Shown here one piece after another: positions 29,393 to 39,600 of a DNA stretch of 64,000 nt (position 1 is the stretch's first letter; each line of letters starts with the position of its first letter). The DNA is from an uncultured Candidatus Saccharibacteria bacterium. Lineage in GTDB: Bacteria > Patescibacteriota > Minisyncoccia > Phycocordibacterales > UBA9973. A model generated the notes under the pieces. It did no database searches. It was not told the DNA's origin and saw nothing but the letters and a program-made list of their open reading frames with translations. Location of the stretch: the NCBI GenBank assembly GCA_964606285.1, contig CAZSFP010000001.1:5376-69375 (forward strand). Direction: 5' to 3'. A program made the position numbers and the translations under genes.

Positions 29393-31192
29393 ATGGATTT
29401 AAAACATATCCGAAACTTTTCTATCATAGCCCATATCGATCACGGTAAGTCAACGCTTGCTGATCGAATGCTTGAAATTACGGGAACGATCGAAAAGCGT
29501 AAAATGCGCGATCAGGTGCTCGACAACATGGAACTTGAGCGTGAACGGGGGATCACGATCAAAATGCAGCCCGTCCGCATGACTTATGCGTCAAAAGAGA
29601 ATGCGAATGAGGCCTATATGTTGAATCTGATCGATACCCCAGGACACATCGATTTCTCCTACGAAGTTTCTCGGGCACTCAAAGCGGTTGAAGGATCTAT
29701 CCTCCTCGTTGATGCGACCCAGGGTGTGCAGGCACAGACGCTCACAACGCTCCAGATGGCGCGTGATGCCGGTCTGGTTATCATCCCAGTCCTCTCAAAG
29801 ATCGATTCACCACTCGCACGAGTTGATGATGTGCGACTCGAAGTCGCGTCACTTCTTGATTGCAATGAATCAGATATTCTCACAGTTTCTGGTCGCACTG
29901 GTGAGGGTGTTATAGAACTTTTGGAACATGTTATTTCTCATGTACCACCACCATCAACAACCTATGACACAGGTGCTCGAGCAATTGTTTTTGATTTCAA
30001 ATATTCTAACCATCGCGGGGTGATCGTGTTTGTCCGCATGCTTGATGGTGTCTTTTCCAAAAATGACAACCTCATGTTCGGAGTGACTGTCGAAAAATTT
30101 GCATCACTTGAAGTCGGATCATTTTCTCCAGAAGAAACGCCAACAGAAAATCTTTCTGCAGGAGAAATCGGATATATTGTGACGGGTATCAAAAAACCAG
30201 GTATTGCATCTGTGGGTGATACGATCGTTTTTCAAAAAAATCCGTTGCCAATCGTTGAGGGATATATGAAGCCGCGACCTGTTGTTTGGGCGTCCATTTA
30301 TCCCGAAAGTCAGGACGATTTTCCTGAGCTAAAGCTTTCACTTGATCGACTTCGATTGTCTGATTCTTCATTTTCCCATGAAGAAGAAACATCTGGCGCA
30401 CTCGGACGCGGATTCCGCTGTGGATTCCTCGGCATGCTCCACCTCGAGATCATTACTGAGCGATTGCGCCGTGAATTCAATTTGTCACTTATCGTGACGA
30501 TGCCGTCCATCACATACGAAGTCGAACTTCGTGGTGGTAAAAAAGTAACTGTCTACTCACCACACCTTTTCCCCGAAGATGGATCTGTGACAAAAATATT
30601 TGAACCATGGGTGACGACAACGATCATCACACCAATTGAGTATTTGGGTGCACTCATGCAACTCCTCTTTGATCATGAAGCGGAAGTCGGGGAGACTGTG
30701 AACTTTGGTGACAACCGTTCTCGAGTGACATGTCTCATGCCGCTTCGTGAACTCATGCGTAACTTTTTTGATGAGTTGAAAAGCGTTTCGTCAGGCTATG
30801 CATCCATTTCGTATGATATCGGTGAGATGCGTGAAGCTGATGTTGTCCGTCTTGATATTCTTGTTGCCGAAGAACCAGTGCTCGCGTTTTGTCGTATTGT
30901 CTCACGTCGCCGAATCCAAGAAGAATCGGAAAAAGCAGTTGAGAAATTGCACGGACTCATCCCGCGCCAGCAAATCATCGTCAAAATCCAAGCTCGTGCC
31001 CTTGGACGTATTGTCTCCTCAAAAACTATTTCTGCGTTCAAAAAAGACGTGACCCAGCATATGTACGGTGGTGACATCACGCGCCGGATGAAACTCTGGG
31101 AAAAGCAAAAGAAGGGTAAGAAAAAGATGCAGGCAGCCGGCAAGGTCAACATCCCGCAAGATGTATTCTTGAAAATGATGAAGACGGATTAA
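29393..31192 (+). CDS. lepA: Elongation factor 4
   Basis: IRNFSIIAHIDHGKSTLAD, GFRCGFLGMLH, YGGDITRRMKL. Confidence 0.99.
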   Translation: MDLKHIRNFSIIAHIDHGKSTLADRMLEITGTIEKRKMRDQVLDNMELERERGITIKMQPVRMTYASKENANEAYMLNLIDTPGHIDFSYEVSRALKAVEGSILLVDATQGVQAQTLTTLQMARDAGLVIIPVLSKIDSPLARVDDVRLEVASLLDCNESDILTVSGRTGEGVIELLEHVISHVPPPSTTYDTGARAIVFDFKYSNHRGVIVFVRMLDGVFSKNDNLMFGVTVEKFASLEVGSFSPEETPTENLSAGEIGYIVTGIKKPGIASVGDTIVFQKNPLPIVEGYMKPRPVVWASIYPESQDDFPELKLSLDRLRLSDSSFSHEEETSGALGRGFRCGFLGMLHLEIITERLRREFNLSLIVTMPSITYEVELRGGKKVTVYSPHLFPEDGSVTKIFEPWVTTTIITPIEYLGALMQLLFDHEAEVGETVNFGDNRSRVTCLMPLRELMRNFFDELKSVSSGYASISYDIGEMREADVVRLDILVAEEPVLAFCRIVSRRRIQEESEKAVEKLHGLIPRQQIIVKIQARALGRIVSSKTISAFKKDVTQHMYGGDITRRMKLWEKQKKGKKKMQAAGKVNIPQDVFLKMMKTD

Positions 31193-31229
31193 TAAGAATT
31201 TTATTATAAAAATTGATATATTATCTAGT

Positions 31230-31799
31230 ATGGAATTAGAAACAAAACGATTATTATTACGAAAGGCCAGAAAAAGTGATTGGCAAGATATTGTAGAAGG
31301 TGCATCTGATTTGAACGTTTCAAAAATGATGACATCAGTTCCACATCCGTATGAGAAAAAAGATGCAGAATTGTTTATTAATGATTCTATAAAGAAATGG
31401 AATCAGAAAAAAGGATTTTCTTTTTTCATTGAACTTAAATCTGAAAAGAAAGTGATCGGTGTTATGACTGTTGGTGGAATTAATGAATTCAATGGTACAG
31501 CAACTACCGGATCATGGATCAACAAAAAGTATTGGAAACAAGGATATATTACAGAAGCAAAAATTACGGTCAATGACTTTGCTTTTAATCAATTAAAACT
31601 CCGAAGACTCAATTCTACTGTATATACAGACAACAAGGCTTCTAATGCAACCCAAACAAAAATGGGGTATGTATTCGAGGGTGTGAGTAGAAAAGCACAA
31701 AGAAGTAAATCAACAGGAAAAATCCATGATTTAAATATCTATGGATTACTCAAGGAAGATTGGAAAAAAATCCGACCTATATTAATAAAAAAGAATTAG
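31230..31799 (+). CDS. GNAT N-acetyltransferase (RimJ/RimL type)
   Basis: LETKRLLLR, YWKQGYITEA, N.AS..K.GYVFEG. Confidence 0.92.
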   Translation: MELETKRLLLRKARKSDWQDIVEGASDLNVSKMMTSVPHPYEKKDAELFINDSIKKWNQKKGFSFFIELKSEKKVIGVMTVGGINEFNGTATTGSWINKKYWKQGYITEAKITVNDFAFNQLKLRRLNSTVYTDNKASNATQTKMGYVFEGVSRKAQRSKSTGKIHDLNIYGLLKEDWKKIRPILIKKN

Positions 31800-31948
31800 T
31801 TCCTATTGAAACAATGCAGGAACGTAGAGGAGGATCATACTCACGATAACGAGGAGTGATAGGATACCCCAGAAGATTTGCACTTTTTTCTTGTGTTTTT
31901 GGAAGAATAACATGTATTTTTTGTGATTAGAATGTTAGTATATCAGGT

Positions 31949-32338
31949 ATGAAGCGATTATTCAAATACAAGAAAATCATCCTCTTTTTTTCACAGCATG
32001 GCAAATTGATCGCACTTGGTGTGTTGTGTATTATTCTCCTTTCAGGTGTCATCAATATGTTTGATCGATATCAACTGGTCACTGAAAAAAAAGCGCGCGC
32101 AGACCGTGATTTGGCGACTCTGACTGAAAAAGAAAAGAATATTCGTACTGAAGTCGATCGCCTCAATACACCCGAAGGAATTGAAGAAGGATTGCGCGAG
32201 TCATTCAGGGTTGCAAAACCAGGGGAATATCTTATCGTTATTTTACCAAAAGAAGAAAAAGCAGAAGTGGTATCAGAAAATACAGCACAGAAAATTCGCT
32301 CATTTTTCAAGAATATTTTCTCAAAAAATAAGCAATAG
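31949..32338 (+). CDS. Septum formation initiator (FtsB/DivIC-like)
   Basis: TM helix, coiled coil, IEE.LRE.F.VAKPGE. Confidence 0.8.
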   Translation: MKRLFKYKKIILFFSQHGKLIALGVLCIILLSGVINMFDRYQLVTEKKARADRDLATLTEKEKNIRTEVDRLNTPEGIEEGLRESFRVAKPGEYLIVILPKEEKAEVVSENTAQKIRSFFKNIFSKNKQ

Positions 32339-32379
32339 CCATATTACTGACGCTGTGATACAATATTTTTTATATGAAT

Positions 32380-32490
32380 CCCGTTAGAAGTCATGATCAC
32401 AATGGGATTTAATATACAACAAGAAACTTATTATTAGATTTAATCAAAAAGTAGAGGCATGAATAATGATCGTGATCTACTTCTAACGGG
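32380..32490. mobile_element. MITE-like TIR element at the glutaredoxin start codon
   Basis: CCCGTTAGAAGT...ACTTCTAACGGG flanked by ATGAAT and ATGAAA; second copy at 40837-40944. Confidence 0.8.
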
Positions 32491-32730
32491 ATGAAAAAAG
32501 TTACCATTTATAGTACACCAGTTTGTCATTTTTGCAATCTCGCAAAAGTATTTTTCAAGGAACATAACATCGCCTATACTGAATACAATGTCGCCGCAGA
32601 TATGGAGAAACGCAAAGAAATGATCGAAATCAGTGGACAGCTCGGCGTCCCAGTTATCACCATAGACAATGATCTTCTTGTTGGATTCAATGAACCAAAA
32701 ATTGCGGCACTCCTTGGCATCAAAAGCTAA
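32491..32730 (+). CDS. Glutaredoxin / NrdH-redoxin
   Basis: YSTPVCHFC, GQLGVPVI, VGFN. Confidence 0.95.
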   Translation: MKKVTIYSTPVCHFCNLAKVFFKEHNIAYTEYNVAADMEKRKEMIEISGQLGVPVITIDNDLLVGFNEPKIAALLGIKS

Positions 32731-32781
32731 ACACCGTATACTACAAAACGCACCGCAAGGTGCGTTTTGTGCATCCATATT

Positions 32782-32847
32782 GTCCCTGTAGTTCAATGCC
32801 CGCCCGTACCGAACGGTACGTTCGGGCGGGGATAGAACAATCTCGTT
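32782..32847 (+). pseudogene. tRNA-Arg-like 5' half interrupted by a palindrome
   Basis: GTCCCTGTAGTTCAATG + CCCGCCCGTACCGAACGGTACGTTCGGGCGGG + GATAGAACA. Confidence 0.75.
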
Positions 32848-32863
32848 TATCCCGTGTTAAGTT

Positions 32864-32935
32864 GCCTTTATAGCTCAACGGATAGAGCAGACCCGTCCTA
32901 AGGGTAAGATGTAGGTTCAATTCCTGCTGAAGGCA
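32864..32935 (+). tRNA. tRNA-Arg(CCT)
   Basis: GCCTTTA/TGAAGGC acceptor, D-arm GCTCAACGGATAGAGC, loop GT-CCT-AA. Confidence 0.9.
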
Positions 32936-33049
32936 CAATTATTTTTTTTATACTAAATTCCATATCTACGCCATGGCGTAGATATGGAGAAATTATAATT
33001 ACCCACATAATCTATTTTTTGTCTTTTTTGAATGTGTTACTATTGAATC

Positions 33050-33343
33050 ATGGAATCAGATTCAAAAAAGATAACAGAGATGTTTGAAATGATTAAGGAG
33101 AATAATCAAATTCTCCATAAACTTCATCGTATACAAAGACGGGCACATTTTTTTCGGATAGTGTATTGGCTTATTATGATTGGTCTTGCACTCGGTGCAT
33201 ACTACTATATCCAGCCGTATTTGAATCAAATTGTAGATTTGTACAATCAGGGCGCAAATGGTTTTCACTCACTTCAAAATCTACAAGATCAATTCAGTCA
33301 GAGTCAGTGGCAGCAACTTGTTAAACAATTCGGAGGTAACTAA
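33050..33343 (+). CDS. Small membrane protein
   Basis: ENN..L.KL.R..R then TM ending YYYIQPYL. Confidence 0.8.
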   Translation: MESDSKKITEMFEMIKENNQILHKLHRIQRRAHFFRIVYWLIMIGLALGAYYYIQPYLNQIVDLYNQGANGFHSLQNLQDQFSQSQWQQLVKQFGGN

Positions 33344-33387
33344 CTCTCCCCAATAAAAACACCGCATTAAATACGGTGTTTTTATTT

Positions 33388-33463
33388 TGGTGCCGAGGAC
33401 CAGAGTTGAACTGGTGACATCTCCCTCTTCAGGGGAGCGCTCTACCAACTGAGCTACCTCGGC
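33388..33463 (-). tRNA. tRNA-Phe(GAA)
   Basis: Reverse strand GCCGAGGTAGCTCAGTTGGTAGAGC..CT-GAA-GA..CCTCGGCACCA; CCA end is encoded. Confidence 0.96.
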
Positions 33464-33614
33464 ATATTATTATTTCAAATCTACGTATTGTACAAGGTAA
33501 ATACTTGCCTTACTTACCAAAACAGCCACCTGACATAACTCTTCTATACTACCAAAAATGAGGGTTTTTGCAATCAATAAAAAATACCCATCTGTGATGA
33601 GTATTTCTGTCGGC

Positions 33615-34121
33615 TTAGGATACTATAACTGCTGCAAACCCGCGTCCTCGCGATTTTGTGCGAGTTTGTCCTATCTTCAATATCTTGTGTTTGTATATCG
33701 GAAAAATTTGTGGGTATACTCTTCCAAATGATTCATGCTGCAATTCTTCTTTTAATCCAAGAATGAATTTTGTTTCTAATTTTTTATAGATCTTTTTCTC
33801 TTTTTGTTCAACAAGTGATTTCAGTGCATCTTGTCCTGCCAGAATGTGATTTTCAGCAAGAAGCTTGGTTCGAAATTCAGACAGAGAAATACGTGAGGGG
33901 ATTTTTACAAGTCCTATTTTTACCTTCTTTCCATCCATGTCTATTTTAAAGGTAATTTTTTCCTGAGAATCGATTTTTTTGATATATCGTTCTATTGCAT
34001 TGACTATAAATGCACTCACAGGCTTGAGAAGAATCAATTTGTCATCGAGTAAATCTAGTTTTTCTAGAGGAATGCCTTTTGCAGTCATTTTCTTTTCTAT
34101 TTCTTTTATAAGTTTTTCCAA
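33615..34121 (-). CDS. Hypothetical protein (basic)
   Basis: 168-aa AT-rich ORF with TTG start. Confidence 0.6.
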   Translation of the reverse strand: MEKLIKEIEKKMTAKGIPLEKLDLLDDKLILLKPVSAFIVNAIERYIKKIDSQEKITFKIDMDGKKVKIGLVKIPSRISLSEFRTKLLAENHILAGQDALKSLVEQKEKKIYKKLETKFILGLKEELQHESFGRVYPQIFPIYKHKILKIGQTRTKSRGRGFAAVIVS

Positions 34122-34309
34122 GAGCTTTGTATTTTAAATTTTTTATACTATAACACAAAAATTTGACTTTTACAAGTATTTTTGGTATACTCTCCACAGT
34201 TCTTTAAAAACTTTGATTTTTAAGAGTTATTTTGAGAGTTATCACAACTGCTAAAAATTTGGCTTGTGTGATAACTTTCAGAATTCATAAACAATTAAAA
34301 TCAAGTAAA

Positions 34310-34753
34310 ATGGATAAAAAAATTTATCAAAAAGTACAGCGATTTGGAATAACTCAACAGAAAATTAAAAATCTTGAAGATATTCTTGAAGATGAAAAAA
34401 ATAGTTTAAAGTCACAAGGTAGACAAATGTATAAATCTGTTTACGCCAAACTTAATATATTTTTCAGAAACTCTAGAACTCCTTTTGCTAAAATGATGCG
34501 TCATGGTGAAATTACCAAAGGCGCGGTAATAGAAGATTTTTGCGGAAGATCTCCAGTAAAAAATTTATCCTGGAGATTATCGCAATTTTTACTCGGAATC
34601 GAGACTAGTTTTAATAAGATTAATACTAATTCGATTGAAGACTTCACTATTACTCAAAAAGAAATTGATGAGTTAAATGAGCTTCTCTCAGAAAAATTGG
34701 AAGTAAGGTTTTCATTATTAAATGATTCTTATTTTATGATAATGAAAAAGTAA
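34310..34753 (+). CDS. Hypothetical protein
   Basis: Likely start MDKK; TTGACT-17-TATACT promoter upstream. Confidence 0.7.
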   Translation: MDKKIYQKVQRFGITQQKIKNLEDILEDEKNSLKSQGRQMYKSVYAKLNIFFRNSRTPFAKMMRHGEITKGAVIEDFCGRSPVKNLSWRLSQFLLGIETSFNKINTNSIEDFTITQKEIDELNELLSEKLEVRFSLLNDSYFMIMKK

Positions 34754-34781
34754 GAATTATTCTGTTTAAACAAAAAGACAC

Positions 34782-35204
34782 TCAATGAGTGTCTTTTATT
34801 TTACTTTTAAAAAGTTCTCTTATCGTTTTTGCTTTTTCTGTTCTAAATATTTTCTCATTATCATTCCACTCATAGAGATATATTTTATTAATTGCCTCAT
34901 GTGCTCCCATTTGTACATTCTTTGTATTGAATTCATCATGATTGGAATTGGAAATAATAGTAGTTTTGTTATTGTGTTCCAAGATACTTTGAATCATTTC
35001 ATAACCCCAATTGCCTCCAACATCTCCATCCAGCATAATCATGTCATATGTTTTTTCTGATAACATTCTTTTTGCCTGCGTTATATTATAGGCATTGGTA
35101 ATAGCAAGTTTATTTTCTGGAAAAACAAAATCTTTTAAAAATTTCTCAATCGGATCATGGACTAATTCAAGGTCATCAACGATGAGAATATGTATTGTTT
35201 CCAT
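34782..35204 (-). CDS. Stand-alone response regulator receiver domain
   Basis: ILIVDD, YDMIMLD, IISNS, GAHEAINK. Confidence 0.88.
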   Translation of the reverse strand: METIHILIVDDLELVHDPIEKFLKDFVFPENKLAITNAYNITQAKRMLSEKTYDMIMLDGDVGGNWGYEMIQSILEHNNKTTIISNSNHDEFNTKNVQMGAHEAINKIYLYEWNDNEKIFRTEKAKTIRELFKSKIKDTH

Positions 35205-35294
35205 TAGGTATTTATTTTTACAATAGTATATATTGAAATACGGTATAATTCAACATGTACGAAAAATCCCGCAGTATATGCGGGATTTTTATAG

Positions 35295-35807
35295 TTAGGA
35301 AGATTTAACTTTGAGATTCATCTTCTTTGTTTTATCGATCTTTGGGATTTTCACTGTGATCAATCCGTGTTTCTCGACTGCTTCCGCTTCTTCGGGTTCG
35401 ACTTCAGCAGGAAGGGAAATCGTTCGAGAAAATGTACCCCAGTAAAGTTCTTTGAGAAAAAAGTTTTCTTCATCGATCATGCGAGATTCTTCACGTTTTC
35501 CTTTGATGACGATCATGTCACGCATGATGGTGATAGATAAATCTTCAGGTCGAACACCTGCTGCCATGGTATCAACGATGATGTGAGTCGGCGTCTGATA
35601 TACATCCACGGTGAGTTGTGCGTCCTCTGGTTCATCATCCGTCCACATAACTTCTTTTTCTTTTCTTTCAAGGTTTCCAGATGCTTTACCTTTGATGACA
35701 ACTGTTGGTTCTTTTGTGTCTGTTTCGTTTTCATTTTCGAAGACATCGTCATCGAGCGTAAGCCCACCTGTCAATCGTTCAAAAAATGATTTCTTTTTTG
35801 TTGCCAT
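35295..35807 (-). CDS. Small heat-shock protein Hsp20
   Basis: VDVYQT, AGVRPEDL, ELYWGTFSRTISLP, GLITVKIPK. Confidence 0.93.
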   Translation of the reverse strand: MATKKKSFFERLTGGLTLDDDVFENENETDTKEPTVVIKGKASGNLERKEKEVMWTDDEPEDAQLTVDVYQTPTHIIVDTMAAGVRPEDLSITIMRDMIVIKGKREESRMIDEENFFLKELYWGTFSRTISLPAEVEPEEAEAVEKHGLITVKIPKIDKTKKMNLKVKSS

Positions 35808-35810
35808 AAA

Positions 35811-36515
35811 TTATGTTGTCGCAACGTTGGCCTTACCCAAACGTCGCAACTTTTCAAATAGAAGTATAATAATAATAGTGACCACCCAGAGAAGTCCAAA
35901 CACCTGCAAGAAATATTCTCCGTCTCTCTCCATTATAAAAAAATTAAATGCAGTATGCAAGACAATTGCACCGACAATACCGATAAGTGTGTAGAGTTTT
36001 CGTGTTGCGATTGATTCAAAATATGCGAGTCCGATCATGATACCGATAAATCCACTGCAAACCGCATGGAGAAGTGTGGAACCGAGAAATCGAAGATTGC
36101 CCGTGGTGACACTTGTAAGTGTTTCTCCGGCAGAGAGTGGATCGAGGAGGAACAGTGCGTTTTCGAGTCCGGCGAAACCGAGCGCGGCGATCATCATGTA
36201 GATCGGATAGTCGATTGGTTCATCGATATGGCCGCTTCGAAATGTCACAAAAAATACGACAAGGTATTTCATGACTTCCTCTATGGCTGCCCAGAGTGTT
36301 ATTTGTGTCGAATGATCACTGATGATATTTGCGACAAATTTTTGAAGCGGGAGCACGAGAAATACAATGCCCATGCCGATCAAAAACAAGAGAAAAATCA
36401 GGCCCTTTGGTTCAGGATTGTTTTTGTCTTCTTTCATCCAAAACCACAGCCAAATAACTGCTGGAATAATCCCGAGAGAAAGCGTTATGGCGATTATTTT
36501 TGGATCGTAGGCCAT
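35811..36515 (-). CDS. PrsW family intramembrane metalloprotease
   Basis: PEP, IEEVMK, ALGFAGLEN, LLHA, LHTAFN; likely start MAYDPK. Confidence 0.9.
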   Translation of the reverse strand: MAYDPKIIAITLSLGIIPAVIWLWFWMKEDKNNPEPKGLIFLLFLIGMGIVFLVLPLQKFVANIISDHSTQITLWAAIEEVMKYLVVFFVTFRSGHIDEPIDYPIYMMIAALGFAGLENALFLLDPLSAGETLTSVTTGNLRFLGSTLLHAVCSGFIGIMIGLAYFESIATRKLYTLIGIVGAIVLHTAFNFFIMERDGEYFLQVFGLLWVVTIIIILLFEKLRRLGKANVATT

Positions 36516-38692
36516 GGTGTGACGATGAGTAATTTCTTGCCCTGCCATGATGGGAGAAGTGACCAGAGTTCTTCGGTGATAAACGGCATGAATGGATGGA
36601 GAATCGTGACGAGTGTGACCAAATGGGTATAGATCAATGCCTTTGCAGAATCAGCGTTGGTATTTTCAATAATTTTCTTTTTGCTACGTTCGATAATAAT
36701 ATCCGCAAATGTATGCCAAAAGTAATGATAGAGCTTTTCTGAAACGAGATACATTTTGTACTCTTCCATTTCTTTCGTAATTTCTGCGATGAGTGTGTGG
36801 AGCTCATCGTGTGATTGTTGGTCTTCTGTATCAAGCGGCGGGAGGTTGTTCGTATCGAGACCGCTTGTTTGTTCGAGAACAAATCGAGTCGCGTTCCAAA
36901 TCTTGTTTGCAAATTTTCCGTACGCTTTTACTTTTTGAATATCAAAGTTGAGATCGTTGCCGGGTCCGATACCGACCACCATCGACATGCGAAGTGCGTC
37001 AGTACCAAACTGTCGAATAACTTCTTCTGGTTCGATCCCGTTTTTTGCCGATTTACTAAATTTTTTGCCTTGTGAATCACGAACAATGCCGTGCAGATAG
37101 ACTGTTTCAAATGGAATGACGTCAAGTGTATATTTACTCATCATGATCATACGCGCAACCCAAAAGAATATGATCTCGTAACCGGGATTCATAAAAGTTG
37201 TCGGGTGATATGTCGATAGGTCGAGTGTTTTCTCAGGCCAGCCGAGTGTTGAGAAACTCCAGAGTCCCGATGAGAACCATGTGTCGAGTGTGTCTGGATC
37301 TTGTTTCCAATCATCGCCATCTGGTGGATTGATACCGCAATATGTTTCTTCTTCACCACCAACTGCCATGCGATACCAGACAGGAATCTGGTGACCGTAA
37401 ATGATTTGTCGTGAGATGCACCAGTCACGAAGATTGTCCACCCAGTTGTAATATGTTTTTTCGAAATGATTTGGGAGTACCTGGATTTCTTTTGAGGAAA
37501 CTGGCTCCTTCATAAATTCTTTCAATGTCTTTCCGTTTTTTGATGCGATGGGCTTATTGACATCAACGAACCATTGGAGTTTTGGAAGGGGTTCGATGAC
37601 TGCTTCTGTCCGTTCTGCTGTGCCAACATTTTGGGTCATCTCTTCTTCTTTTTCGATAAGATTTTCACCACGTAACCATGCGATGATGACTTCACGGGCT
37701 TCCTGTGTTTTCTTGCCGATCAATGTCGGACCGCCGACCATCATCTTGCCGTATTCATTGATAACTTGTTTTACTTCGAGATTGTGACGAGATGCAATAT
37801 CAAAGTCGATCATGCTGTGTGCAGGAGTGACACCGAGCGCTCCTGTACCAAATGCTGGATCGACAGAATTATCAGCGATGATTTTAATGTTGATTGGAAC
37901 ACCACAGAAAATTGCTTCATAGGTTTTGCCGATGAATTCCGTATAACGTGTATCATCCGGGTGAACAGCAACAGCAGTGTCACCGACTTTGGTTTCTGGG
38001 CGTGTTGTCGAGATGGCGATAGGGAAGTCTTTGCTGTATTTGAATGTGTACATGACACTTTTGCGTTCTTGGTACACAATCTCATCATCAGAGATCGTTG
38101 TTTGACCTTTTGGATCCCAGTTGACCACGCGATATTTGCGATAGATGAGTCCATCGTCATACATTTGTTTGAAGACTGTTCGAACTGCGAGACTGCGTTT
38201 GTCATCGAGGGTAAATGCTTCTCGACTCCAGTCGAGAGAAGATCCCAAGAGTCGCATCTGACCTTGCATGTCTTTTTGATTGATCAAGCCGAATTCATTG
38301 ATCATGTTGAAAAATTCTTCACGGGAAAAATCATGGCGGGATTTACCAGATTCTTTCTGGAGATTTTTTTCAAAACGGGATTGTGTTGCGATTGCCGCAT
38401 GATCCGTTCCCGGGATCCATGTTGTTCGTTTGCCTTGCATACGTGCAAAGCGAACCACGGCATCCTGAAGACTGTGTTCGAGTGCATGACCGAGGTGGAG
38501 GCGACCGGTCACATTTGGCGGCGGGAGCACCATGGAGAAATGAGGTGCATCGGCTCTTGTGACACCTTCTTTGATGCATACGTCAGGATTAAAGTATCCA
38601 CTATCTTCCCAGAGCTTGTATATCCGCTCTTCTGTATCTTTTGCATTATAAGGTTTGAGAAGTTTCTCTGGTATGCCGTATATGTTTTCCAT
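36494..38692 (-). CDS. valS: Valine--tRNA ligase (no C-terminal coiled coil)
   Basis: PPPNVTGRLHLGH, PGTDHA, DWCISRQ, DTWFSS, KFSKS. Confidence 0.98.
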   Translation of the reverse strand: MENIYGIPEKLLKPYNAKDTEERIYKLWEDSGYFNPDVCIKEGVTRADAPHFSMVLPPPNVTGRLHLGHALEHSLQDAVVRFARMQGKRTTWIPGTDHAAIATQSRFEKNLQKESGKSRHDFSREEFFNMINEFGLINQKDMQGQMRLLGSSLDWSREAFTLDDKRSLAVRTVFKQMYDDGLIYRKYRVVNWDPKGQTTISDDEIVYQERKSVMYTFKYSKDFPIAISTTRPETKVGDTAVAVHPDDTRYTEFIGKTYEAIFCGVPINIKIIADNSVDPAFGTGALGVTPAHSMIDFDIASRHNLEVKQVINEYGKMMVGGPTLIGKKTQEAREVIIAWLRGENLIEKEEEMTQNVGTAERTEAVIEPLPKLQWFVDVNKPIASKNGKTLKEFMKEPVSSKEIQVLPNHFEKTYYNWVDNLRDWCISRQIIYGHQIPVWYRMAVGGEEETYCGINPPDGDDWKQDPDTLDTWFSSGLWSFSTLGWPEKTLDLSTYHPTTFMNPGYEIIFFWVARMIMMSKYTLDVIPFETVYLHGIVRDSQGKKFSKSAKNGIEPEEVIRQFGTDALRMSMVVGIGPGNDLNFDIQKVKAYGKFANKIWNATRFVLEQTSGLDTNNLPPLDTEDQQSHDELHTLIAEITKEMEEYKMYLVSEKLYHYFWHTFADIIIERSKKKIIENTNADSAKALIYTHLVTLVTILHPFMPFITEELWSLLPSWQGKKLLIVTPWPTIQK

Positions 38693-38800
38693 CCTTGTAC
38701 TATAACAGTTTGGAGACTTTTATAAAAGGATTTTTGCTTTTTGCAAAAACAGGAATTTGTGGTATTGTATGAAAAATATCTTTTTATACAAACCTGTTTT

Positions 38801-39496
38801 ATGAAAGCAAGAAATATTTTTAATTGGACGATATATCAGGCGATCGCATGGTATATGGAAGTGCATGACCTAAAGAATATTGAAGAATTCAATCAAGTAA
38901 ATGATTTCAGTCTTATCAAAGCCGGATTGTTCCCATATTTTTTTGCTGGTGCATCAAATAATTTGGAACACGCATTTGAAATGTATGGCACATGGGTCTC
39001 TGACCAGGTGTATCCAGAACCAATATACGCACATCCGATCAGTTATCTCATTGTTCCCGAGGGATACATTGATGACGTAAAAAAATATATTCCTGGAAAA
39101 ATAGAACCAAATTTTCAGTATTATTTTGAGCACCGAAACAAAGAAAAATTTCTGACATTGCCGGGAGATTCTCGGTTTTATGTGTCAGATAAACAGTGGG
39201 AGTTTCTACAGACACTAGAAACGGAATCATATGATGAGATCATGACTGGCATTGCCCAGTTGAAATTGCATTCTGATGATGAATTTATTACTGCTTCCTG
39301 GAATGAATTTGTAGAATTTGCTCGGAAAACTGAAGCTTTCCAGGTATATCTCGCGGTTCATGGAGAAGGAAGAACTGACACTACAATAATTGATCATCAG
39401 TATGTGTTTGAACGAACAAAAATATTTATGCCGACACTCTATGAAATCAGTCATCATATTTTTGCGCATGATGAAAACAGAAGAATAACGGTCTAA
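38801..39496 (+). CDS. Hypothetical protein
   Basis: Likely start MKARN; own promoter and terminator. Confidence 0.7.
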   Translation: MKARNIFNWTIYQAIAWYMEVHDLKNIEEFNQVNDFSLIKAGLFPYFFAGASNNLEHAFEMYGTWVSDQVYPEPIYAHPISYLIVPEGYIDDVKKYIPGKIEPNFQYYFEHRNKEKFLTLPGDSRFYVSDKQWEFLQTLETESYDEIMTGIAQLKLHSDDEFITASWNEFVEFARKTEAFQVYLAVHGEGRTDTTIIDHQYVFERTKIFMPTLYEISHHIFAHDENRRITV

Positions 39497-39600
39497 CAAA
39501 AAAATCTCTCCTATCATGTTACATGAAAATGAGAGATTTTTTATTTTTCTTATATTCTAAATATGTGGTTGTATAGATTGAGTATAGAGGAGAAATATAC

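Noticed and set aside
31801-31870. Purine-rich intergenic stretch with TCCTATT/GATAGGA end pairing
   Set aside because: Pairing is short and no known riboswitch or ribozyme core could be recognised.
37766-38725. 319-aa ORF antisense to valS (also 4100-4774 and 21782-22477)
   Set aside because: Fully antisense to conserved genes with no motifs; explained by codon bias.
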